A stretch of 63,844 nucleotides of DNA, filler included, from Octopus bimaculoides (taxonomy: Eukaryota): assembly GCF_001194135.2 (NCBI RefSeq). It is 7 parts of 7 records of this genome, joined end to end, with 100 filler letters (N's around TTAATTAATTAA, not from the genome) between each part and the next. Parts side by side here need not be neighbours in the genome. Positions count along the whole stretch, not along the records: positions 21,176 to 47,833 come from NC_068985.1; 6 more parts are not named here. The stretch is one strand, 5' to 3'. The notes under the pieces were generated by a model. It made no database searches. It saw only the letters and a list, made by a program, of their open reading frames with translations, and had not been told where the DNA came from. Position 1 is the stretch's first letter; every line of letters begins with the position of its first letter. Of this stretch, positions 24,626-36,140 are shown one piece after another. The position numbers were made by a program, and so were the translations under genes.

Positions 24626-24707
24626 ATTGTTATAAATAAAATGTATGGAAACATGTTCATCCACGAATTTTATTTTATAATTTTATACAGCATATTATTA
24701 TGACCTG

Positions 24708-25400
24708 CACTGCGCCGACTTCTCACAGTTGCAGATTTAACCTTGGATTATTATCGGTGCAGCTTCATCAGGATCCATCTATTTCATCATCCCCAAAGTG
24801 AGCTGAGTGAAGTAAGTATTTATGTTAGTGTTCTGCGTGAGGTTGAGATTTGTTATTTAGAGGCATGAGCTGTTGACATCAAATTCACACAAGTACTGTC
24901 CGATGTTAGGCATGGCTATAAAATAAGTCAAGTTTGAGAGTAGTGTTCTTGTAAGACTCCTTGTTCATTTTAATATTTGTGCGCTTCATTTTTTGACTTT
25001 AAGGATATATATAAACAAACAGTATATCTTCACTATAAGAACTACATTCAAACTTTAAAATAAGCAAACACAACCATTAAAATGAACAAGAAGCCTTAGA
25101 AGAAAACTACTATCAATCTTGACCAATTTTAAACCCAGCCCTAACATCGGACAGCGACGTGTGTAAATTTGAGGTCAACAGCGCATGCCTACCTATAAAC
25201 AACACCACTCAACCTTTCGCAGAACAGTAACATAATTTTGCTTCACTCAGTTCATCTTCAGGGTAACCAAATAGATGGACCGTGAGGAAGATGCACCGAT
25301 AATAATGCAAGGCTGCACCTGCAGCCGTGAACAGACAATGTAGTGGAAACACGTGTAGGTTATCATGAGATGTTGTATAAAATCATAAAATAAATTTTGT
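24708..25400. mobile_element. Penelope-like element 3' end (pLTR) present as an inverted pair
   Basis: Arms 24708-24974 and 25076-25345 are diverged inverted repeats. The + arm encodes a GIY-YIG tail-like EALEENYY...FKPSPN, followed by hammerhead-like motifs. Confidence 0.65.
25274..25364 (+). ncRNA. Degenerate minimal type I hammerhead ribozyme (PLE-associated)
   Basis: GATGGACC-[G]TGAGGA ... GAAAC-ACGT-GTA|GGTTATC: 2-bp helix III with a palindromic tetraloop and a pairable helix I. The inverted arm retains CTGATGA (24765-24771, minus strand). Confidence 0.45.
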
Positions 25401-25898
25401 GGATTAACAAGTCTCCATCCTAAATATTATTAATAAGAATATACGCTCCAGACAATTGTTACAGTCCAGCGAATCATACAAGGTATAACCCATCGGAAGA
25501 TTTTTCACGGAGTGACTAGCAACAAATAGTAGTCACAAATGTTAAATACTGATCGAAGTCGTTAGTTGTTAACTGGAACTTAAGTGAGAGCCAATACGAT
25601 ATCCACCCGGAGAGCATATCTCTCTAAACTCATTTTTATAATTATATATATATNNNNNNNNNNNNNNNNNNNNNNNNNNNNNNNNNNNNNNNNNNNNNNN
25701 NNNNNNNNNNNNNNNNNNNNNNNNNNNNNNNNNNNNNNNNNNNNNNNNNNNNNNNNNNNNNNNNNNNNNNNNNNNNNNNNNNNNNNNNNNNNNNNNNNNN
25801 NNNNNNNNNNNNNNNNNNNNNNNNNNNNNNNNNNNNNNNNNNNNNNNNNNNNNNNNNNNNNNNNNNNNNNNNNNNNNNNNNNNNNNNNNNNNNNNNNN

Positions 25899-26129
25899 AG
25901 CTCAGTACGCCTCTGGTCATTAGACTGCAGTTATGCTAGGGCAACGCTTTGAATTCGTTTAGTCGAATGAATGAATTGATTCCGCTACTTTTCTAAACCT
26001 GGTACTTAGTATATCGGTCTCTTATGCCGAAACAATAAGGAGACGCAAACACTCTATCACCGGTTGTCAAGCGGTGGTGGTGGGGACAAACGCAGACACA
26101 AAGACACACACGCGCATATGTAATATACG

Positions 26130-26173
<44 letters not shown>

Positions 26174-26325
26174 GACGGTATTTCATTTTCCGTTTACTAA
26201 ATCCGCGCACAAGCTTATGGTCGGTTCGAAGTTATAGTACAAAGCACTTGCCTAAGGTGCAAGGCAGTGGGACTGCACCAAGAACCATGTGGTTGGGAAG
26301 CAAACTTCTTATCACACAGCCTCAC
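25899..26325 (-). mobile_element. SINE family C with internal (CA)n
   Basis: cggttgtcaagcg...cacttgcctaaggtgc...gaaccatgtggttgg. Confidence 0.8.
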
Positions 26326-26380
26326 CTGCGTCTATATATCATATGTTTATATTTATGTATAATATATGACATATGACATT

Positions 26381-26686
26381 GTGTGGCGTAGTGGTTAGGA
26401 TATTCGACTCACAATCGTGAGTGCGATTCTCGGCAGTGCGTTGTGTCCTTGTGCAAGACACTTTATTTCACGTTGCTCCAGTCCACTCAGCTGGCAAAAA
26501 TTAATGGTACCTCTAATTTAAAGGGCCAACCTTTTCACATTCAGTGTCACGCTGAATCTCCATGAGAACTATGTTAAGGGTACTCGAGTCTTCGGTAATC
26601 AGCCACTTGTGCCTGAACTTCACGAGCAGGCTATTTCGTTGATCGGATGAACTGTAACACTCGTCGTAGTAATCGATAGAGAGCCA
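26381..26686 (+). mobile_element. SINE family B
   Basis: ggcgtagtggttagg...ttgtgtccttgtgcaagacactttatttcacgttgctccagtccactcagctggc. Confidence 0.85.
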
Positions 26687-27061
26687 GTTTACACACGTAC
26701 AGACACACACGCTTAGCTTTTAACTCGTTTTCGTTTAGTTTTCATACTATTTCCACGCTAAATACATTTGAATGTGCTAATTTGATCTTCCCCTATCGGG
26801 TAATTTTAATTTATTCAATACGAGAAAATTAACTGATTGTAAATTATATTTGAAGTCCACAGAATGTGGAATATGAAAAATACTGAAGAGATAAAACAAT
26901 GCCAAAATTTAAATTGCTATATATCTTTGAGGTCAACCATTGCTTAACGTTTTTCACTACTTTTCTTAGTAATATAGGTACAACTATATTGCTATTGTCA
27001 TTAAATATTGTTGTAATCCACCTGAAAATTATATTTCTTTTTACTATTATTAGAAATCACA

Positions 27062-27268
27062 CAACATCGGTTAGCTGACAGAATTGTTACTCTGCTAGGC
27101 AAAATGCTTAGCAACATTTCGCCTGTCTTCACGTTCTGTGTTTAAATTCTGCCTTTTTAACCTCTCGGGGTTGATAAAATAAGTACCAGTTGAGTACTGG
27201 GGTCGATGTCATCGACTTACCTCTCCCCACCAAATTGCTGCCATTGTGCCAACATTTGAAATCTTTAT
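27062..27268 (+). mobile_element. SINE family A, degraded
   Basis: ggcaaaatgcttagc...ggggttgataaaataagtaccagttgagtactggggtcgat. Confidence 0.7.
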
Positions 27269-29739
27269 TAGAAATCACACACGCACACACGTGCACACAC
27301 GCACGCACACACACACACACACACAAACACATACACACGCATGCATGCACACATACAAACGCGTGCACACACGCACACATACAAACGCGTGCACACACAC
27401 ACACACAAAAGCAGAAAACACGCACACGGAGACGCACACACATACATGCAACAATGACATTAATGCAGCAAAATTTAATTCCATGCTAGACTGTACGCGA
27501 CTGATCCAACTATAAAAGCACACAGTTATATTTTCATATTCGATTTTTAGTAGCATTTCTTATATTACTATTCCATCTCCACACTTTTTTAAGAAACGTT
27601 TAACAAAGGCACTTTTTGTTGGTTACCTCTATGTGCTGTGCAAGGCCAACTTGATGCTGGTAATTACTGAAGTGTAATCACGGAGACAAACATGTAGTAT
27701 CGATAGTTGACGTCAGAGAGATACCATGTTTTTTTTGTTTTATTTATTTATTTATTTTTGCTTGCAAAGTTTGTAAAAAAATGAGTATAGAGCGTGTGGA
27801 ATCTTAATGTGGACAGCATTTTAGTTTTTGCTGCTTAGTTTGCATTTAACTAATTCCAGGTTCACAATGCTTAGCACACATCTGCAAATGTAATATTTGA
27901 TGTTTACTTATAGGAATATAGTTTTCAGAGAACAGTGACCGACAAAATATAGCGCTGTAGCAGGATAGTTAACACAAAAAAAAACTCTTGTTTAGTGTCC
28001 CCGTAACCCAAGAGAACATTTCTCTACCAGACATTTACCGCAATTATATTATTTCCATGATTGTGTGTGCACGAGCTCATTGAATATCAATGTATATAGG
28101 CGGGTCTTCAGCATGCCCGCACTCTTAAGACTGAAACCATTAAAATAACAGTTTTATATTATGATTTAGGAGTATTCGTTTAAGTAGTTAGCTCATGAGA
28201 AACTCATTGCACGGCAGAAATTGTATTTGTTTTTTTATTGATAACAATAGCAGGTTTTCGTTTGTTATGGGTGATCAAATTGTTGTGTGTGCCTGTTGAA
28301 ATGTAAGTACACGAAAACCCATTCCTTACAAGCGATGATGCCATCAAAGACCTTGCATTTATTTACACACAGGTAATAAGGAGAATTTCTTCTAGGCATT
28401 TACCACAAGAAAGCATTTGTCACGTTTGATTGAGTACATGAAAGTTGAATATTAATGAATACAGATTATTTTAATGTTCGGTGCTTAGTACCCGTTTATT
28501 TAACTAATTCCAGTTTGCCAAAACATAGTAGCACACCAAAATGTCTGTTTTCGAACGTAAATTTATATTAAAAAAAAACACCAGTTTCTTGCAATTTGTA
28601 ACTGAAGACGTGAGGTATGCGCAAACACTTGACTTGCAATGCAGTATAGTGACAGAGAGCCGATAGTTTTTCTAAATGTATTTTGTAAAACAAATTTTGT
28701 AGCACCTGGATTTTTTTATAGGACATTTTGAGGTTCATATTTGAAAGGCGACATAATGGCTTCACTGCGCTCATCAGTACTTTAAGTTTTAATAACACCC
28801 AGTCTATGACTGTATATATTGTTAGTACCAATACAATTGTAATGTGAGAAAAGCGTCATTCATGACGAATTAGAAATACACATTGAATTACTAATGCGTA
28901 CCAGTTAACAAACATGCCAATATCTGTACCTTCCATGGCTTCCTATGTATAGCATAGTTGTCACTGTGTATGTGCTAACTCTACTTATGTGTTATTTTCA
29001 TACTTTGTATGTGTAGTGTTTAACATTTTTATAATCTTATCATAAATATTTTTTGCATAGTGTGTGGTACAGTTGTAATTCTCTTAAACACTAAAGGTAA
29101 TATTTACGCATAATTTTCCTAATAAACCGAGAAAAACACCTGCTGAAATTATACCGAAAAAATTTACTGGGAAAGAAAAAAATTCATTTCTTATCAACTG
29201 TACACACGAAACACCGATGACTATTTAGGAAATGTTTATATAATTGAACATTTAAATAATTCATTTTAATCTCAAAACATTCAATCTTATTTTTTGAATT
29301 ACTTCGTTTTTCCATTGTCACTCTTAACTATGATAATAACAGTGATTTTCATTTATGAAATTAAACGGTAACAAAATCATTACCTCTAAAATCAATGCTA
29401 TATATTGAGAAAGAGAGAAAGAGAATAAATAATCAAATCCGTAAGAATACATATATGAGGAAAATATTAAGACAAGTTTTTCTTAAACGGTACTAAAAAA
29501 ATATCATAGATACAAAGATGAAAATTATGAAAATTTAATGATAAAAACAAATCAAAATATAATAAGATATGTAACGTTATAAACATTATACAGAGACGTT
29601 ATATGTAAATTTCAGGAAAAATTGTATTAATATAGACATGTATTAAGAATGAGCAACTCAAATACCATTTAGATATCTATATTATTTTTATTAACTCCTG
29701 AGAGTCGAGTATGTGAATGTCGGCATATATGTAATAAGT

Positions 29740-30565
29740 TGGATACCGACTAATGTGCAGAAGCGGTTTCAATCAATGGTTGAGGGATGTTATGTTCATT
29801 TATTAGCCATGTTTTAGATCCTGGGACATTCTCCTATCTCAATAGATAATTTTGTTTTTCTTTAGAACAAAGATTCATTTTGGAGTGGCAGGTAAAATCT
29901 TGAACTCAAAGATTTGCCAAAACATACCTATTCATGATAATTCTTATTGGTTAAAAAGAATGGTGATGAGTTATTTGATTACGAGATGGGGAGGTACGAT
30001 GGGAAAGAGATAACAGATATAGTTGGTCGTAATATCCCAGATGTCCTTAGAAAATATATAAAAGAAGCTGACATAGGATTATATAGAGACAACGGTCTGG
30101 GTACATAACAACGGACACGATATAGATAAGATCAGGTAAATATTTTTCAAGGTATTTAGCTAATTAAATCTAAGGAACACAATTAATGCTAATCTTAAAA
30201 ATATCAATTTCCTAGATATTAACATGAGCTTTAGAACAGGCAAATTCAAATCCTACCTTTAACAAACTTAGGATACCTCATACCTAGACTTAGGCACCAA
30301 CCACCCGCCCACCCACCGTCAAGTAGAACACAATTAGTTAATAATATTAGCAGGCGCGTTTCCATTCTATACTCTTACAAAGCCATACTATAAGGCTATA
30401 TTTAAAAAGTCAAACTCAATGAATAGTATAAATTATATTGAACCAAATGTAGGTAGACCAAAAAGATGCGGGGAGGGGAAAATTTTATGGGTCAACCACG
30501 ATAATAGCATGAATGTAGCTACTATAGCTAGAGAACTCCTAAAACTAATAGACTACCATTTCTAA
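29740..30565 (+). mobile_element. Penelope-like element RT relic
   Basis: KKNGDELFDYEMGRYDGKEITDIVG...IGLYRDNGL, INFLDI, and linker KILWVN...LLKLIDYHF match the PLE motifs FDVxMGSYDGAE, GLYRDDGL and IIWFNPP. Confidence 0.8.
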
Positions 30566-31052
30566 TACACAAATACCTCAAGAGGTAGGGATGAAAATTT
30601 TCTCCCTGCACGCATAAACAATATTTCACATTACAAAATTTCAAAGACGATACCCACTAATTTCAACACTCTTCTAATCTGGAGGAATTTTCTTCTCTGA
30701 ATATGGACATATACTGTATATTTTAGGAAATTTATGCATAAAAGACTCATCATCTCATGCTGGGCACCTTCAGCACGCCTATATACGAGTATCACACATA
30801 CGCACTATATTACATGATACACACGCAAACTTGTCATTCAACAACCTTATAATTTTACAAACTGTACGCCAATATGCACAGAAAGATATGTGAAACAAAT
30901 GTCGAAAATATGAGGAAGATAAGTACATTTCCTCAAAACATGTAAATTATGTGTAGGTGAAAATGCACAATCATGTGCACACATGCAAAATGCATGATGT
31001 AAAAGCACAGTTATGTGTACGTGTGAGCATCTTCTATGTATGTATATATTTA

Positions 31053-31470
31053 TACTGGGCTGGCAAGAAATAATATCTGTTTTTAGTGTGAAATAAAAGT
31101 ATGCTTTTCATACAAAGAGTGAATCAATTACACATTTTCCAGTTTGTTCGATGATCTTTTGCCATCCTTCTGGTAACTTCATGTTTGCACGCTCATAGAG
31201 TTTCTGGTTCGTATTAACGAAAAACTGAAGCAAGTGCGAGTTTAGGTCATCATCATTACTGAAATTTTAACCGTTCAAATGATTTCGCAAACTTTGAAAT
31301 AAATGATAATCTAATGGTGCATGGTTAGGGTTATATGTTGAATGTAACTAAGCTCCAATAATTTTTCACGAGTTAGCGAAGAAGTGTGTGGTCTAGCGTT
31401 GTCATGGTGGAACACGATTCCATTGCAATTTGTTAATTTTGGCCATTTTTCTTTGACTGCTTCCTCCAGT
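31053..31470 (-). mobile_element. Mariner relic, 3' part (continues at about 33215-33312 beyond the CR1 insertion)
   Basis: KLEEAVKEKWPKL...VFHHDNARPH...DYHLFQSL...KLPEGWQKII; terminus tactgggctggcaag. Confidence 0.8.
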
Positions 31471-31479
31471 TTTATTTGT

Positions 31480-33215
31480 TCAAATCAAATCAAATTTATT
31501 GGCAGGAGAAGAGCACACTGTGCTTAAGCCATTAAAAAAAGTTATTGTTATATACAGTTTTATACATAGATACCAGAGCATATTTGAACAGGGTAGTAGT
31601 GGGCAGTTGAATGACATCTTGTGGTAGCGTGTTCTACAGGGCTACGATGCAGACAGAGAATACCGTCTTTCACCTGTTGAATCGAAAGTGTCGGGAATAG
31701 AGTTTGCGATCATGTCTACAAAGACCTCTATCCGGCGCAGAGGTGAAATTTTCGGCAAATGGTGGGTTTACATTCCCGTTGAAGATGTTGAAAGCCAGGA
31801 TGATATCTCCCTGCATCCTCCGTGGTTCGAGTGAAGGTAATACCAGCCGTTGGAGACGTTCTTCATACGTAAGCTCAGACACGCCTGCGACCATTCGGGT
31901 AGCTAAGGCCTGAACCCGTTCCGTGTGTTGAATGTCTTTCTGGAGATATGGGTTTGAGGCCTGGATGCATTATTTGAGGATGGGTCGAACGAGAGTGACG
32001 TATAAAGGCCGAAAGACGTCCATTGAAAGGTTGACAAAGGACCGGCGGGTGAGAAAAAGATTCCTTCTAGCTTTACTCGCCGCCTCGATACACAGCCGTG
32101 TTGGTTTGAAAGTAGTATCGATCATTATGCCGAGATCTTTTTCTTCAGTGACCATCTTAATATGTTGGTGTTTGAGGCCAATAGTCAAGGGAGAGTTTGG
32201 AGGTGAACCTATTGGCAAATGGCTGCATTTTGAGACTTCAAGGGCAGATCCCATTCTTCCGCCCAATTAATTCTAAGCTCGGTTTAGCGACGATTGGAGT
32301 ATGTTGTATTGATTCTATGGCGAGACAAGTTTGACGTCGTATGCAAATAGGAAGACACTTCCATCAAGAAAATGTGGCAGATCATTGATATACAAAAGGA
32401 AAAGTATTGGACCCAGTACTGACCCCTGGGGAACGCCACTGCAGGCATTCGTCTCCGCGGAGAGATCTCCATTTATCGGCACCCGAAATGTTAGATGGCT
32501 CAGGAAGGAAGAAATACACAAAGACAATAATGGGTGAATCTTCTATGCTTGAAACTTGCGCAAGCGATGTCAGTGACTAACAGAGTCAAACGCCTTCGCG
32601 AAGTCCAAAAATACCACGTCCACTGATTTCTTTGTTATTGATGGTCGTTGTAATCCAGTCGTTAAGAAGGAAAAGATTTGCTAGGCAAGATCTTTGCGGT
32701 AGAAATCCATGCTACGTGTCGGATGTCGCATTTGATATAAGGAGATGGTACATGACAGATTTCTAGACTATGGTCTCCATAACTTTGCGGAAGTTGGATA
32801 TGACTGACAGGTCGATAATTAAGGGGGTCTTCTTTACTGCCCTTTTTGGATATTGGACATACGGTCGCTTTTCCCCAATCTTCTGGAACAGTTCCTTTCT
32901 CAAGTGAAAGATTGAAAAGAGATGCCAGAGGAGCCCCAGGATACATGCTATGACACGTAGAACAGATGGATGGAAACTACCTAGGCCGAAGCTTTTGTCT
33001 CGATGAAGTTTTAAAAGGATGATATATACAACATGAGATGAGATGGTGGCTGGAGGCATCGGTTCCATTTGCCTGTCTGATATCAGTGACTCACGCCCAT
33101 TATCTATTCGGCAGATAGAAAGGAACATTGCAGCAAAGAGTGAACTTTGTGAGGCAGAGTCTGTGACAGTATTTCCTTCGACATCTCTCAGTGCAACCCC
33201 TCGATTATTCACTAG
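31480..33215 (-). mobile_element. CR1-like LINE, 5' truncated, with (TTTGA)n tail
   Basis: NYRPVS, VDVVFLDFAKAFDSV, SGVPQGSVLGPILFLLYINDL, LVRPIL, ELTYEERLQRLVLPSL; tail tcaaatcaaatcaaat on +. Confidence 0.9.
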
Positions 33216-33312
33216 TTTACAATAGTAAACATCTGAATTCATTGCTTGGTTCTTTGGAAGTAGCTCCAAATATGCAACACCTTTCTAATCCCACCAAATT
33301 GACAGCATGACA

Positions 33313-33914
33313 TCGTTCTCGCCACAATCGAGGAGATCTGCAACTGAAAAGCCGAGTATCTTTTTGGTTCGCTGAAAGAAGTCTTGGCATAAACTTGGCA
33401 GACATGCGTCTCATACCCAAATATTCAGTGATAATGGACTGAATGCAACCGTAACTTATCTTCATATTCTTTGATAACTCACGGAAGGTTATTCGACAAT
33501 TTCCTCTCACAGCTGCACGCATATCAACAATGTTTTCTGAGTTCTGCTGGTTGAGGGTCTCCCAGAACGTTCGTCCCTATCGACACTTCTTCGGCCATCT
33601 TGGAAAAGTATGAACGACTCATACACTTGAGCGCGGCTCATACACTCCTCTGCATACACTTTCTGAAACTTTGCATAAGTCTCTGAGCAAGTACCGTCAT
33701 GACAACTTTCTCTGCCATGGTCAATGCAACGATGACACACTACACACATTCCTTTGAAGCACTGCTACAAACAGTGAGAGTAAGCTAGAACGTGAAATCT
33801 TAGGGCGCATACACAGCAGTGAACATGGTCCATGTGTACCAAGCGACTTTAATTTGCACACTTTAGCTGCGTTACTATGGCAACAGTCCGGATACTTCTT
33901 GATCAGACCTCGTA
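33313..33914 (-). mobile_element. Mariner relic, 5' part (different subfamily from the 31-kb fragment)
   Basis: TIR tacgaggtctgatcaagaagtatccggactg; MSRAQVYE..., DERSGRPST, LGMRRMSAKFMPRLL. Confidence 0.85.
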
Positions 33915-34659
33915 CAACATATCAACATATCAATATATCATATGTAAATTTGGACTTTTAAGTTAAATTTAATTTTTTTAGAATATTAATACAGATATGT
34001 GTTCGCACCGATGTGGCTGAGAAAAATTCAACTGAGATGGGAGATGATCATCTAAAAGTTGTTCCCCCTGATGTATTGTTTTGTAAACCCAAATATCTCG
34101 GATTCTTTCAATCGTGTCTTCACGGGATTTTTTTTGTTTTAATAAGAAATGTAGATGAACATCAAAGTACAGAGGGCTTCCTTAAAATGAAAGCAATGGT
34201 AGCCGTAAGCCACAATCAAGGAATCTTTCTCCGTTGATGTGTGGGCGTTGAATGCATCTGTACGTGTGTGTATGTGTGTGTATGTGTGTGTATGTGTGTG
34301 TATGCGTGTTTGCGTGTATATGTGTGAGTATTTACGATTATACAAGCGTGCTTGCGTTCGCGTTTGTGTGTATTGGTATGTGTGAAGAATTTTTCTGTAC
34401 ATACCATGATATGGAGACGTGTGCGTTGTAGTCATTTAGTATGTAGAGGTGCAATCTAAGTATATAGGTGTGCGGTAAATGGATAAAAAAGAATACAAAT
34501 TTCAATTGAATCAAAAAGTTAAAATCAAAAATTAAATTTAAAAATTTAATCAAATTAAAATCAAATGAGTTAAAATATGAAATAAATAAATGAAAATATT
34601 AAGTAAATAAAATTTAAAAGAATAAAAACTTGAAAAAAACTTTCAAGCAATTTATGTTA

Positions 34660-35535
34660 CTGGAAGGAGAGAGGTGTTTTTAGTCCAAACGGTATATGGG
34701 TTTGAAGAGAGATGAAGCGCTGTTGAAGGCGAAATCTAGACGTGGTGGGTCGATGGGGAAAAGCCATACCGAAGACATTAAGATGTCCAATGGAATGGCA
34801 GGCAGAGCAGAAATGACGGGTGATGGGTGTATATTAATACAGGCGAATATCTAGTAGATGCCCAATAAATCGGTCGGCCAACCGACGGCCCGATTGACAA
34901 GCATATAAAGTCACAAGCAGTGCATTGGATGCATTAGGCAATATTCGAAGAGATGTAAGTGAAGCAGTCCTGGAGGTGGATTGTGCGTTGGCTAGTTCCA
35001 GTGAAGGTGGCGATGTTAGTGATGAATGGACAGGTGTGATAACGGGTTCTGGAGCAAGGGAAGAATTCAGTATGGGTGGAAGTGGGAGCTGGGAATCAGA
35101 GAGGCACATGGATTACGGGTGCGTTTAAAGGAGAGCAGGGTTGGATTGAGAAAATAAGGAGGGTAGTAAGATTAAATTGGAGACGACGGAAGGCCCATAA
35201 CATTTTCCGATGAAAGGGAAGGGTGAAGGGGTGGAAAGGAAGAGGAGAATTGATGCGAGTGGAGAAGAATCTGAAAGAGAACTGAAGTAGGATCAATTTG
35301 GCATGCACTTGTGAGGCGTGGAGGGGTATCCGCGAAGTGTGAACAGGAGGGCCAGGTTTTGAAACTGACTCTGAAAATCATGGTCGCGGCTGCACATAAG
35401 CTGGAGACGGAGGAATATGAAAGTAGGAGTTGGCCCGTTTGGTGCGGGAGGGGCGGAAGGAGGAAAATTGACGTACACGTTGGAGTCAGTAGGTTTGAAG
35501 GAGGGGGAAGTAGTGAAAGAGTGGGCGAGGAGATC

Positions 35536-35609
<74 letters not shown>

Positions 35610-35622
35610 TAGAGAGAGAGAT

Positions 35623-35673
<51 letters not shown>

Positions 35674-36140
35674 TCATGGAAGCTAACAGAAGTTTTGGAG
35701 ATGACAGAAGTGAACTCAGGGGATGGATGAAAGGTAGAAACGAAAGAGATGAAGTTAATGAGTCGTTCACAGGTGAGAGACGTAGCGTCAACAGTTGTCT
35801 ATATACCGACCGTATAGTTCTGGGTTCAGTCTGGAGAACTGTGAGATTTAGGCCTCGATACAAACATAAAATAAGTTGGGGCCAATTCTCTTTCCTATGG
35901 ATACCATAGATACCTGCTAGTAGACCTCACCCGTGAAGGTGAAACAGGTAAGGGTGAGAACAAATTCTGCGAATTGGAAAGATTTGGATGTGCTGGGTCC
36001 GAGGACGGTCCGACAGTCAAGTAAATACATGATAGAGGTGCGGCGAGTTTGGACGATAAGATTGGTGGCAGTAGGTTCACAAAAGAAGACGAAACGAGGT
36101 CATGAATGGTGGAGGACACGTGCTGGTGGTATGTAATTAA
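34660..36140 (-). mobile_element. Penelope-like element relic (RT end, linker, GIY-YIG) split by a (GA)n tract at 35539-35670
   Basis: FLRLQLMCSRDHDF...FTLRGYP linker motif; QSGRRLADRFIGH GIY-YIG motif. Confidence 0.7.

Noticed and set aside
27540-28900. Possible second hAT (Charlie-like) transposase relic on the minus strand
   Set aside because: Only vague motif echoes in AT-rich sequence; not supportable without a profile search.
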